DNA from: Candidatus Nomurabacteria bacterium
GTDB lineage: Bacteria > Patescibacteriota > Saccharimonadia > JAGOAT01
Length of the DNA: 64,000 nt
Direction: 5' to 3'
Assembly (NCBI GenBank): GCA_020639315.1
Contig: JACKGM010000001.1
Location: 225,878-289,877, forward strand
The notes beneath the pieces are model-generated. The model saw nothing but the letters and a program-made list of their open reading frames with translations. It did no database searches and was not told the DNA's origin. Numbering within the stretch: position 1 is the stretch's first letter; each line of letters begins with the position of its first letter. A program made the position numbers and the translations under genes. Positions 1-8,991 of this stretch are shown here, piece after piece.

Positions 1-3000
1 GGTGAGTCTTATGATCTGAAAAACTTATTACTTGTCAGGGAGGACCAAAATGCTTCATTGGTTGATAATCAAGACGGAACATATTCTTTTCGGGGTAGTG
101 ACGGGGTAGAGGTCGTAATCGATACTACTAGCAACTCGGGAGTTGTCACAGAGCTAAAATTATCTGGTAATACTTTGAGTTATACCAATCAGCTTGGGCA
201 GACAGTAGGATTTGATTTGACTGGTTTATCAACTGATAAAATTACTCATATCAATGTCAATAGTTCCAACCAACTAATTTCCTATACCAATGAGGCTGGC
301 ACTACCACCCAGATAGATATTCGTTCTCTTGAAACTACTACCAATCTTCAAGTCGATATTCCTGGTCAAAGTATTCGTTATATCAATGAAGAGGGGGCAG
401 TAGTGACCGCTGATATTACCTCCCTCGAGACCGTTTCAACCTTGGTCGATAACAATAATGGTACCTATACCTATACCAACGAAGATGGGGCTAGCCTGAC
501 TTTTGAAAATACTCTAAGTACTCTTAGCTGTACCAACGGTCAAAGTGTTGCTTGGAATACCGCTACACTTGGTTGGGAGTGTGTTAGCTCGGTGGGCCTG
601 GATGTTTTGACGATGATTAGCGCTAGTGGCTCAACTCTATCCTATCTTGATGAATTGGGTAATACAACAGATATTGATGTCAAAGATCTCGAATCCACCT
701 CCACCCTAGTCGACAACAATAATGGTACATATACATATACTGATGAAGATGGCACCACTACTACCATCACCGATACCCTAGCCACCCTCCTCTGTACTGA
801 TAACCAAGTAGCTTCCTGGGATAATACCAATTCAGTTTGGGTTTGTGCGGACGCTTCTGCCCTTGAAACCCTGACCTACCTCAGCCTCAGTGTTGATGGT
901 CATACTCTAGAGTATCAAGATGAAGATGGATCTACTACTCAAATCAATCTAGCAACAATCATTGATAATTTCGAAAGCCTGACCGCTCTTAGTGTCAACT
1001 CTCTAGCTGGTACTCTCAACTACACTGATGAAGACGGCACAGCCAACACTATCGATCTTAAGCCTCTAATCGCAGCCAACGAAACTCTGACCACCCTGAC
1101 TGTCTCTGGCTCTACTATCACCTATACTGATGAGGATGGGGGTACTACCAATATTGACATTAAGGATCTTGAGACCCTGACCACTGTAGCCCAATCAGGA
1201 CAAGGATCGTTTAGCTACACTGATGAAGCAGGCACAACTCACACTATTGATACAACTGATCTAATCAATTCATCAGGTGATATCACTATCACTGGCTCTG
1301 GTACTACTGCTGATCCTTACATAGTAAGTTTCACTGAAACCCATACTGTATTCACTGGTCTCAATGGAACTGGCAAGGTGATTGGTACATATACTAATGA
1401 AAATGGAGACACCTTTGACTTAAGAGAAACCGTCACCAACCTAGCAATCAATACTACCAATCAAACTATCACCTATACCGATGAACAGGGAAACACAGCC
1501 ACAGCCGACATCAAGCTCCTCGAATCCACCTCCACCCTAGTCGACAACAATAATGGTACATATACATATACTGATGAAGATGGCACCACTACTACCATCA
1601 CCGATACCCTAGCCACCCTCCTCTGTACTGATAACCAAGTAGCTTCCTGGGATAATACCAATTCAGTTTGGGTTTGTGCGGACGCTTCTGCCCTTGAAAC
1701 CCTGACCTACCTCAGCCTCAGTGTTGATGGTCATACTCTAGAGTATCAAGATGAAGATGGATCTACTACTCAAATCAATCTAGCAACAATCATTGATAAT
1801 TTCGAAAGCCTGACCGCTCTTAGTGTCAACTCTCTAGCTGGTACTCTCAACTACACTGATGAAGACGGCACAGCCAACACTATCGATCTTAAGCCTCTAA
1901 TCGCAGCCAACGAAACTCTGACCACCCTGACTGTCTCTGGCTCTACTATCACCTATACTGATGAGGATGGGGGTACTACCAATATTGACATTAAGGATCT
2001 TGAGACCCTGACCACTGTAGCCCAATCAGGACAAGGATCGTTTAGCTACACTGATGAAGCAGGCACAACTCACACTATTGATACAACTGATCTAATCAAT
2101 TCATCAGGTGATATCACTATCACTGGCTCTGGTACTACTGCTGATCCTTACATAGTAAGTTTCACTGAAACCCATACTGTATTCACTGGTCTCAATGGAA
2201 CTGGCAAGGTGATTGGTACATATACTAATGAAAATGGAGACACCTTTGACTTAAGAGAAACCGTCACCAACCTAGCAATCAATACTACCAATCAAACTAT
2301 CACCTATACCGATGAACAGGGAAACACAGCCACAGCCGACATCAAGCTCCTCGAATCCACCTCCACCCTAGTCGACAACAATAATGGTACATATACATAT
2401 ACTGATGAAGATGGCACCACTACTACCATCACCGATACCCTAGCCACCCTCCTCTGTACTGATAACCAAGTAGCTTCCTGGGATAATACCAATTCAGTTT
2501 GGGTTTGTGCGGACGCTTCTGCCCTTGAAACCCTGACCTACCTCAGCCTCAGTGTTGATGGTCATACTCTAGAGTATCAAGATGAAGATGGATCTACTAC
2601 TCAAATCAATCTAGCAACAATCATTGATAATTTCGAAAGCCTGACCGCTCTTAGTGTCAACTCTCTAGCTGGTACTCTCAACTACACTGATGAAGACGGC
2701 ACAGCCAACACTATCGATCTTAAGCCTCTAATCGCAGCCAACGAAACTCTGACCACCCTGACTGTCTCTGGCTCTACTATCACCTATACTGATGAGGATG
2801 GGGGTACTACCAATATTGACATTAAGGATCTTGAGACCCTGACCACTGTAGCCCAATCAGGACAAGGATCGTTTAGCTACACTGATGAAGCAGGCACAAC
2901 TCACACTATTGATACAACTGATCTAATCAATTCATCAGGTGATATCACTATCACTGGCTCTGGTACTACTGCTGATCCTTACATAGTAAGTTTCACTGAA

Positions 3001-6000
3001 ACCCATACTGTATTCACTGGTCTCAATGGAACTGGCAAGGTGATTGGTACATATACTAATGAAAATGGAGACACCTTTGACTTAAGAGAAACCGTCACCA
3101 ACCTAGCAATCAATACTACCAATCAAACTATCACCTATACCGATGAACAGGGAAACACAGCCACAGCCGACATCAAGCTCCTCGAATCCACCTCCACCCT
3201 AGTCGACAACAATAATGGTACATATACATATACTGATGAAGATGGCACCACTACTACCATCACCGATACCCTAGCCACCCTCCTCTGTACTGATAACCAA
3301 GTAGCTTCCTGGGATAATACCAATTCAGTTTGGGTTTGTGCGGACGCTTCTGCCCTTGAAACCCTGACCTACCTCAGCCTCAGTGTTGATGGTCATACTC
3401 TAGAGTATCAAGATGAAGATGGATCTACTACTCAAATCAATCTAGCAACAATCATTGATAATTTCGAAAGCCTGACCGCTCTTAGTGTCAACTCTCTAGC
3501 TGGTACTCTCAACTACACTGATGAAGACGGCACAGCCAACACTATCGATCTTAAGCCTCTAATCGCAGCCAACGAAACTCTGACCACCCTGACTGTCTCT
3601 GGCTCTACTATCACCTATACTGATGAGGATGGGGGTACTACCAATATTGACATTAAGGATCTTGAGACCCTGACCACTGTAGCCCAATCAGGACAAGGAT
3701 CGTTTAGCTACACTGATGAAGCAGGCACAACTCACACTATTGATACAACTGATCTAATCAATTCATCAGGTGATATCACTATCACTGGCTCTGGTACTAC
3801 TGCTGATCCTTACATAGTAAGTTTCACTGAAACCCATACTGTATTCACTGGTCTCAATGGAACTGGCAAGGTGATTGGTACATATACTAATGAAAATGGA
3901 GACACCTTTGACTTAAGAGAAACCGTCACCAACCTAGCAATCAATACTACCAATCAAACTATCACCTATACCGATGAACAGGGAAACACAGCCACAGCCG
4001 ACATCAAGCTCCTCGAATCCACCTCCACCCTAGTCGACAACAATAATGGTACATATACATATACTGATGAAGATGGCACCACTACTACCATCACCGATAC
4101 CCTAGCCACCCTCCTCTGTACTGATAACCAAGTAGCTTCCTGGGATAATACCAATTCAGTTTGGGTTTGTGCGGACGCTTCTGCCCTTGAAACCCTGACC
4201 TACCTCAGCCTCAGTGTTGATGGTCATACTCTAGAGTATCAAGATGAAGATGGATCTACTACTCAAATCAATCTAGCAACAATCATTGATAATTTCGAAA
4301 GCCTGACCGCTCTTAGTGTCAACTCTCTAGCTGGTACTCTCAACTACACTGATGAAGACGGCACAGCCAACACTATCGATCTTAAGCCTCTAATCGCAGC
4401 CAACGAAACTCTGACCACCCTGACTGTCTCTGGCTCTACTATCACCTATACTGATGAGGATGGGGGTACTACCAATATTGACATTAAGGATCTTGAGACC
4501 CTGACCACTGTAGCCCAATCAGGACAAGGATCGTTTAGCTACACTGATGAAGCAGGCACAACTCACACTATTGATACAACTGATCTAATCAATTCATCAG
4601 GTGATATCACTATCACTGGCTCTGGTACTACTGCTGATCCTTACATAGTAAGTTTCACTGAAACCCATACTGTATTCACTGGTCTCAATGGAACTGGCAA
4701 GGTGATTGGTACATATACTAATGAAAATGGAGACACCTTTGACTTAAGAGAAACCGTCACCAACCTAGCAATCAATACTACCAATCAAACTATCACCTAT
4801 ACCGATGAACAGGGAAACACAGCCACAGCCGACATCAAGCTCCTCGAATCCACCTCCACCCTAGTCGACAACAATAATGGTACATATACATATACTGATG
4901 AAGATGGCACCACTACTACCATCACCGATACCCTAGCCACCCTCCTCTGTACTGATAACCAAGTAGCTTCCTGGGATAATACCAATTCAGTTTGGGTTTG
5001 TGCGGACGCTTCAACGGCACCTAGTGTTAGTCAAGTTTATTTAGTTTCGGACCTCAGCCCAAATATTGGAGGAGTACCACAAGATGATCCAGATGATCCA
5101 GCAGAGGCTGCTATGGCCTATAGTGATGATGGTGAAATCTTTTTTAGTTGGAATGTTGCTACTCAGAGTTGGGATATAGTTGAGCAAATTTCTCCGACTG
5201 GCCTAGTCTGTTCGATTTATGATTTTATTTCTCAACCGACCTGGGGGAGTGGAGAGCCTTCTGCCAATAGGTTATTTCATGATTACTTATATAACCCTAC
5301 TACTCAGAGTTATTTACTCTGGAGTAATGATGATCAGCTATACAAGGAAGCACCTTTGCCTAGCTATGGGACATTTAATATCTCGGCAATCGATGACCCA
5401 AGTGCAGAATTTACCAACTATAGCTTGGTAGCAGGAGCAATGGAACCTGCTTGGTATTATACCCAGGCTACTACATCCTTTCAGCAGTCTCGACCTTCTT
5501 CGACTGATACCTTTGATATTGGGGAGAGTTTTATCTGGTCCGCTAGTGACCTAAGTCATATGGTCGGTGTCACCAGTAGCACTACTAACGATATTGCTTA
5601 TACAAATGCAGCGATGGATTTTGTATTTTATCCGTATTTAGCTGCTTGGTCTTCCATTTATACTCCAGCTGCTGGTACTACTGCCAATGGTAATAGTGGA
5701 ACCCTGACCCTTTCCGGTCAGACCAATACCGTGATGTCAAGAACAGACCAAAACGCTTTTACTGCCCCTACTGGTAGTGTCTGGGAGATCAGGAGGACAG
5801 GAAATTTGACCTATGAGATATACGAAGATGGGGCTAAGATAGTAGATGTAGTTACCACTACTGGTGGCACCAAATATATTACGCAAGGATCTGGAGCTAC
5901 TGTTGACTATTATGCAGTAGAACAGAATATGGAGGGTTACTATGGATATGGTAGTGATTCACATAAAGAGTTTTTGCCAAGTGCAAATACTGATACGCTT

Positions 6001-7305
6001 GAAGATGCCTTAGCCAATGGCTACTTTGTCTCAAACCACGAAGCAGATGAGAAGGCAGGATCTACCTGGGATATTACAGACAATTATATACAGGAGACTG
6101 GTGGGTCTGCCAATTATTCTACCTATCTGTCTCAGGTTTATTTGGATGTTGGAGACAAGTTTGTTTATACTCTTGAAGGAGATAATGATACATATGTCGG
6201 GCTTGGAAATACCCAGGTCCCAAATATAGCCTACACGGATGTCTATAATGTATACGGCTCGATACGCTACAACCCAGCCACACCATCGATTTCCTTCGAC
6301 AGTACAGTGGTCTTAAATCCAGCCAGCCAGGGGGGTAGCGGTTATATCTATGAAATAGAAAGAGTGGCAGACGATACAGCAGTGATGAGGATTTACGACA
6401 AGAATAACCCTTCAGTCGTACTAGTAGAATCACAAAATGTATCTAGTAAAGAAAAGTTGGATCGAGCTAGGATAGGTTTTTCAACCAATGTTGATAATGT
6501 CAAAATATTACCAGTCGAAATACCTGTCACTGCTAAGTTACAAGTGGACGGTACTTATTTAGGAGATAATGATCAGGTCTATACCGAGAGTGAGATTCTT
6601 AGTAGCAGTAATGTGAACTGTACACTAGCGGGAGTTGGTGGCGGATCTAACGGAGATTCTGACTGGCTTAAGACTAATGATTCTACGCCTACTGGTATTA
6701 GTGACGATATCTACACCCTTGGTAATGTTGGGATTGGAACCAATGCCCCAAGCGTTGCCTTAGAGATAGACTCGAATACAGTAGATCAGAGTGGACTTAA
6801 GTTGACCCAACTGACAAGAGATAGTGCGGTAGTAGACTGGTATTCACAACCGATCGGGGTAGATATAGCGGGTAATGTTGTCAGGGTACAGTCTGAAGTA
6901 TTACAGGTAGTAGATGCGGTTGGTGCGACCTATATTGCCCCGAGCAATGTGATATCTTTTGATAGTGTATTATCGGGCACCACCTGGATCACTGGTGGTT
7001 GGACTTCAAATCAAGTGGTGACAATCCCTGCCGGGATGAACGCTACCTTGGACGCAGAGGTAGTATTTGGCTTGACCCCAGCTCAGACTGGTACTATTCG
7101 CTACGCTTGGAGAGAAGTTGGCACTTCAAATTATTTTGGGACAGAAGGAGTGCAGACTGTGACCAATAAGACCAAAGGGGCTCGTTATGTTCATCTGGCA
7201 GAGACTACTAGCAAACAGTATGAGCTAGTGATCGTTGATTTTGGTGGAGCTTTGAGTGTCCAGTCAGTTCAGGGTAGCTCAGAGATCTTGGTGCAGGAGT
7301 TTTAA
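1..7305 (+). CDS. Giant repetitive surface/adhesin-like protein, 5'-partial. Frame 1 is open from base 1, so the gene starts upstream of the window. It contains 5.2 tandem copies of a 277-aa repeat built from ~27-aa TYTDEDG-type beta motifs, then a unique ~760-aa C-terminal region.
   Basis: Continuous ORF with no stop from nt 1 to the TAA at 7303-7305. The ORF-track start at 58 is a TTG inside an open frame. Internal 831-nt periodicity shows as antisense ORFs recurring at 642, 1473, 2304, 3135, 3966 and 4797. Protein is low-complexity and T/D/N-rich. Confidence 0.8.
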   Translation, partial: GESYDLKNLLLVREDQNASLVDNQDGTYSFRGSDGVEVVIDTTSNSGVVTELKLSGNTLSYTNQLGQTVGFDLTGLSTDKITHINVNSSNQLISYTNEAGTTTQIDIRSLETTTNLQVDIPGQSIRYINEEGAVVTADITSLETVSTLVDNNNGTYTYTNEDGASLTFENTLSTLSCTNGQSVAWNTATLGWECVSSVGLDVLTMISASGSTLSYLDELGNTTDIDVKDLESTSTLVDNNNGTYTYTDEDGTTTTITDTLATLLCTDNQVASWDNTNSVWVCADASALETLTYLSLSVDGHTLEYQDEDGSTTQINLATIIDNFESLTALSVNSLAGTLNYTDEDGTANTIDLKPLIAANETLTTLTVSGSTITYTDEDGGTTNIDIKDLETLTTVAQSGQGSFSYTDEAGTTHTIDTTDLINSSGDITITGSGTTADPYIVSFTETHTVFTGLNGTGKVIGTYTNENGDTFDLRETVTNLAINTTNQTITYTDEQGNTATADIKLLESTSTLVDNNNGTYTYTDEDGTTTTITDTLATLLCTDNQVASWDNTNSVWVCADASALETLTYLSLSVDGHTLEYQDEDGSTTQINLATIIDNFESLTALSVNSLAGTLNYTDEDGTANTIDLKPLIAANETLTTLTVSGSTITYTDEDGGTTNIDIKDLETLTTVAQSGQGSFSYTDEAGTTHTIDTTDLINSSGDITITGSGTTADPYIVSFTETHTVFTGLNGTGKVIGTYTNENGDTFDLRETVTNLAINTTNQTITYTDEQGNTATADIKLLESTSTLVDNNNGTYTYTDEDGTTTTITDTLATLLCTDNQVASWDNTNSVWVCADASALETLTYLSLSVDGHTLEYQDEDGSTTQINLATIIDNFESLTALSVNSLAGTLNYTDEDGTANTIDLKPLIAANETLTTLTVSGSTITYTDEDGGTTNIDIKDLETLTTVAQSGQGSFSYTDEAGTTHTIDTTDLINSSGDITITGSGTTADPYIVSFTETHTVFTGLNGTGKVIGTYTNENGDTFDLRETVTNLAINTTNQTITYTDEQGNTATADIKLLESTSTLVDNNNGTYTYTDEDGTTTTITDTLATLLCTDNQVASWDNTNSVWVCADASALETLTYLSLSVDGHTLEYQDEDGSTTQINLATIIDNFESLTALSVNSLAGTLNYTDEDGTANTIDLKPLIAANETLTTLTVSGSTITYTDEDGGTTNIDIKDLETLTTVAQSGQGSFSYTDEAGTTHTIDTTDLINSSGDITITGSGTTADPYIVSFTETHTVFTGLNGTGKVIGTYTNENGDTFDLRETVTNLAINTTNQTITYTDEQGNTATADIKLLESTSTLVDNNNGTYTYTDEDGTTTTITDTLATLLCTDNQVASWDNTNSVWVCADASALETLTYLSLSVDGHTLEYQDEDGSTTQINLATIIDNFESLTALSVNSLAGTLNYTDEDGTANTIDLKPLIAANETLTTLTVSGSTITYTDEDGGTTNIDIKDLETLTTVAQSGQGSFSYTDEAGTTHTIDTTDLINSSGDITITGSGTTADPYIVSFTETHTVFTGLNGTGKVIGTYTNENGDTFDLRETVTNLAINTTNQTITYTDEQGNTATADIKLLESTSTLVDNNNGTYTYTDEDGTTTTITDTLATLLCTDNQVASWDNTNSVWVCADASTAPSVSQVYLVSDLSPNIGGVPQDDPDDPAEAAMAYSDDGEIFFSWNVATQSWDIVEQISPTGLVCSIYDFISQPTWGSGEPSANRLFHDYLYNPTTQSYLLWSNDDQLYKEAPLPSYGTFNISAIDDPSAEFTNYSLVAGAMEPAWYYTQATTSFQQSRPSSTDTFDIGESFIWSASDLSHMVGVTSSTTNDIAYTNAAMDFVFYPYLAAWSSIYTPAAGTTANGNSGTLTLSGQTNTVMSRTDQNAFTAPTGSVWEIRRTGNLTYEIYEDGAKIVDVVTTTGGTKYITQGSGATVDYYAVEQNMEGYYGYGSDSHKEFLPSANTDTLEDALANGYFVSNHEADEKAGSTWDITDNYIQETGGSANYSTYLSQVYLDVGDKFVYTLEGDNDTYVGLGNTQVPNIAYTDVYNVYGSIRYNPATPSISFDSTVVLNPASQGGSGYIYEIERVADDTAVMRIYDKNNPSVVLVESQNVSSKEKLDRARIGFSTNVDNVKILPVEIPVTAKLQVDGTYLGDNDQVYTESEILSSSNVNCTLAGVGGGSNGDSDWLKTNDSTPTGISDDIYTLGNVGIGTNAPSVALEIDSNTVDQSGLKLTQLTRDSAVVDWYSQPIGVDIAGNVVRVQSEVLQVVDAVGATYIAPSNVISFDSVLSGTTWITGGWTSNQVVTIPAGMNATLDAEVVFGLTPAQTGTIRYAWREVGTSNYFGTEGVQTVTNKTKGARYVHLAETTSKQYELVIVDFGGALSVQSVQGSSEILVQEF
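690..5010. repeat. Tandem direct repeat, period 831 bp (277 codons), ~5.2 copies. Copies appear identical at nucleotide level. It lies inside the giant CDS.
   Basis: Identical strings (e.g. ctcgaatccacctccaccctagtcgacaacaataatggtacatatacatatactgatgaagatggc) recur at 690, 1521, 2352, 3183, 4014 and 4845. The last copy is truncated near 5010, where the sequence diverges (TAPSVSQVY). Confidence 0.9.
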
Positions 7306-7308
7306 GGC

Positions 7309-7944
7309 GTGAGACCCGACAACTCTCGTCGTCGCAATCTGGCTTGGGTGGGAGTGGCAATAGTGGTATTTATGGGGTATAGCTATGCTTATGATACGAT
7401 TATGGGTAGGTCTAGACAGAGTACAGGCTTAGATACAATTTACGACTTCCCATGGTATCTCAATGACAGTGGAGGTAAATCCCAAGATCTTAGTCCGGGA
7501 CAAGAAACAATTACATCAGAAAACTTGGATCAGATTAAGGATAGGCTGGACTCACAATTATTGGTCAAGGGAGATCAGGTGTTTGTCTTTACCAAGGCTA
7601 ATGTGGGGGTGGTTTATCGGCCTGAGGAAAATAAGATAGTGCATTTATTCACCCCTAGTGCAGTCAATGCTAGGAAAGTGGCATATCTCTATGGGGATGA
7701 TTTGGAATCATTAAAGGTGGCCAAGCAAAAGCTTACTCAAGCGTATGGTCTAGCTTTGATTATTAAGACCATAGACTCGTCAGGGCTGATAGATATGGGG
7801 GTAGCGAGAGTGGTTGATGTCAAGGGGGATGAGCCCGAGGCTACGAGGCAGATAGCTGGTAGTCTTGGATTGTCAGTGTCTGGTGAGACTCCTGGCAATC
7901 TGGATTTGCCTGAGGATGCTAGTTTTTTGGTGATCATTGATTAG
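7309..7944 (+). CDS. Hypothetical membrane-anchored protein (N-terminal TM/signal anchor), 211 aa. It starts 4 nt after the giant gene.
   Basis: ORF with GTG start at 7309. Hydrophobic segment LAWVGVAIVVFMGYSYA. No recognisable catalytic motif. Confidence 0.5.
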   Translation: MRPDNSRRRNLAWVGVAIVVFMGYSYAYDTIMGRSRQSTGLDTIYDFPWYLNDSGGKSQDLSPGQETITSENLDQIKDRLDSQLLVKGDQVFVFTKANVGVVYRPEENKIVHLFTPSAVNARKVAYLYGDDLESLKVAKQKLTQAYGLALIIKTIDSSGLIDMGVARVVDVKGDEPEATRQIAGSLGLSVSGETPGNLDLPEDASFLVIID

Positions 7945-8075
7945 AGAGAAATTTCGCTGGTGTTCATCCCAAGGTGTCACCGTACAAATTAAGTGATTTA
8001 TGTCATAATCCAGGTAGACGGTATCTTTTTGTATCAAAAATACCTGCAAGGTTTCACCTCAATAAACCTCAATAA

Positions 8076-8912
8076 AAATACTGGATCCCCCGTAAGTTCT
8101 CTGAACTTCGGAGGATGACAATGCTATGGATCCCCCGTAAACCCTTCGGGTTTCGGAGGATGACAAGACAAGGGACGGGTTTCGGAGGATGACAATGCCC
8201 TCTGTGTGTCATCTTCCAAATTTCCGTAGGAAATTATGGGAGATCCACCTCCCGTGTCATCTTCGGATTACCCGGAGGGTAATACCGGAGATCCAGTATT
8301 TGAATTGAATCCCAGTAATGCAAAATACTGGATCCCCCGTAAGTTCTCCGAACTTCGGAGGATGACAATGCTATGGATCCCCCGTAAACCCTTCGGGTTT
8401 CGGAGGATGACAAGACAAGGGACGGGTTTCGGAGGATGACAATGCCCTCTGTGTGTCATCTTCCAAATTTCCGTAGGAAATTATGGGAGATCCACCTCCC
8501 GTGTCATCTTCGGATTACCCGGAGGGTAATACCGGAGATCCAGTATTTGAATTGAATCCCAGTAATGCAAAATACTGGATCCCCCGTAAGTTCTCCGAAC
8601 TTCGGAGGATGACAATGCTATGGATCCCCCGTAAACCCTCTGGGTTTCGGAGGATGACAAGACAAGGGGCGGGTTTCGGAGGATGACAAGACAAGGGGCG
8701 GGTTTCGGAGGATGACAGGAGAAGGGTGGGTTTCGGAGGATGACAAGACAAGGGGCGGGTTTCGGAGGATGACAAGACAAGGGACGAGCTTCGGAGGATG
8801 ACAAGAGAGAGGCGGAGTTTCGGAGGATGACAAGAGAGAGGCGGAGTTTCGGAGGATGACAAGACAAGGGACGAGTTTCGGAGGATGACAAGAGAAAGGC
8901 GGGGTTTCGGAG
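8076..8912. mobile_element. Cluster of three abutting copies of the composite MITE/REP-like element (family 1). Approximate copy spans are 8076-8321, 8323-8568 and 8569-8912.
   Basis: Repeated AAATACTGGATCCCCCGTAAGTTCTCCGAACTTCGGAGGATGACA arm, inverted arm TGTCATCTTCGGATTACCCGGAGGGTAATACCGGAGATCCAGTATTT, and hairpins (tccgaa-c-ttcgga, attaccc-gga-gggtaat). No coding capacity. Confidence 0.75.
8644..8912. repeat. Tandem array of ~9 units of a 29-nt sub-repeat (GGAGGATGACAAGACAAGGGGCGGGTTTC and variants). It is a minisatellite embedded in the MITE-like element.
   Basis: Direct reading shows a 14-nt core TTCGGAGGATGACA alternating with a 15-nt semi-variable segment, nine times. Confidence 0.85.
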
Positions 8913-8918
8913 GTTATT

Positions 8919-8952
8919 TTGGACTAGTTTTGTTTGAAGATTGATATATAAT
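8919..8952 (+). promoter_or_regulatory. Putative sigma70-like promoter (TTGGAC-N17-TGATATATAAT) upstream of the giant gene at 8992. It is followed by a GGAGGG Shine-Dalgarno sequence.
   Basis: Hexamers read from the sequence. The SD ggaggg lies immediately upstream of ATG 8992. Confidence 0.3.
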
Positions 8953-8991
8953 ATTAGTTAAGCTTAAGGCAGATAGAATAGAGCTGGAGGG

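Noticed and set aside
642-4985. Six identical 62-aa antisense ORFs inside the giant gene. Also identical antisense ORFs inside the shared 2.9-kb module (15367..15726, 22334..22693, 30497..30856; 16132..16377, 23099..23422, 31262..31585).
   Set aside because: They are by-products of the tandem or duplicated coding sequence on the opposite strand. They are low-complexity (Val/Ser/Leu-rich) and each is fully embedded in a strongly supported sense gene.
8236-8891. Numerous 60-136-aa ORFs in the track lying inside repeat clusters: 8236..8891, 33568..34103, 34829..35023, 37441..38126, 44692..45071, 47996..48313, 51101..51352, 55412..56103, 58883..59089 and 61708..61911.
   Set aside because: They are translations of the MITE-like repeats in various frames and strands (recurring peptides such as SSSETRPLSCHPPK and WIPRKFSELRRMT). 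There are no RBSs and no conservation of frame between copies, so they are spurious.
8644-8912. Possible CRISPR array (regular ~29-nt periodicity with a constant core and variable segments).
   Set aside because: The variable segments are only ~15 nt and are mutually similar rather than unique spacers. The array is embedded in, and shares sequence with, the dispersed MITE-like element. There are no cas genes or leader in the window. The same cores occur in both orientations at many loci.
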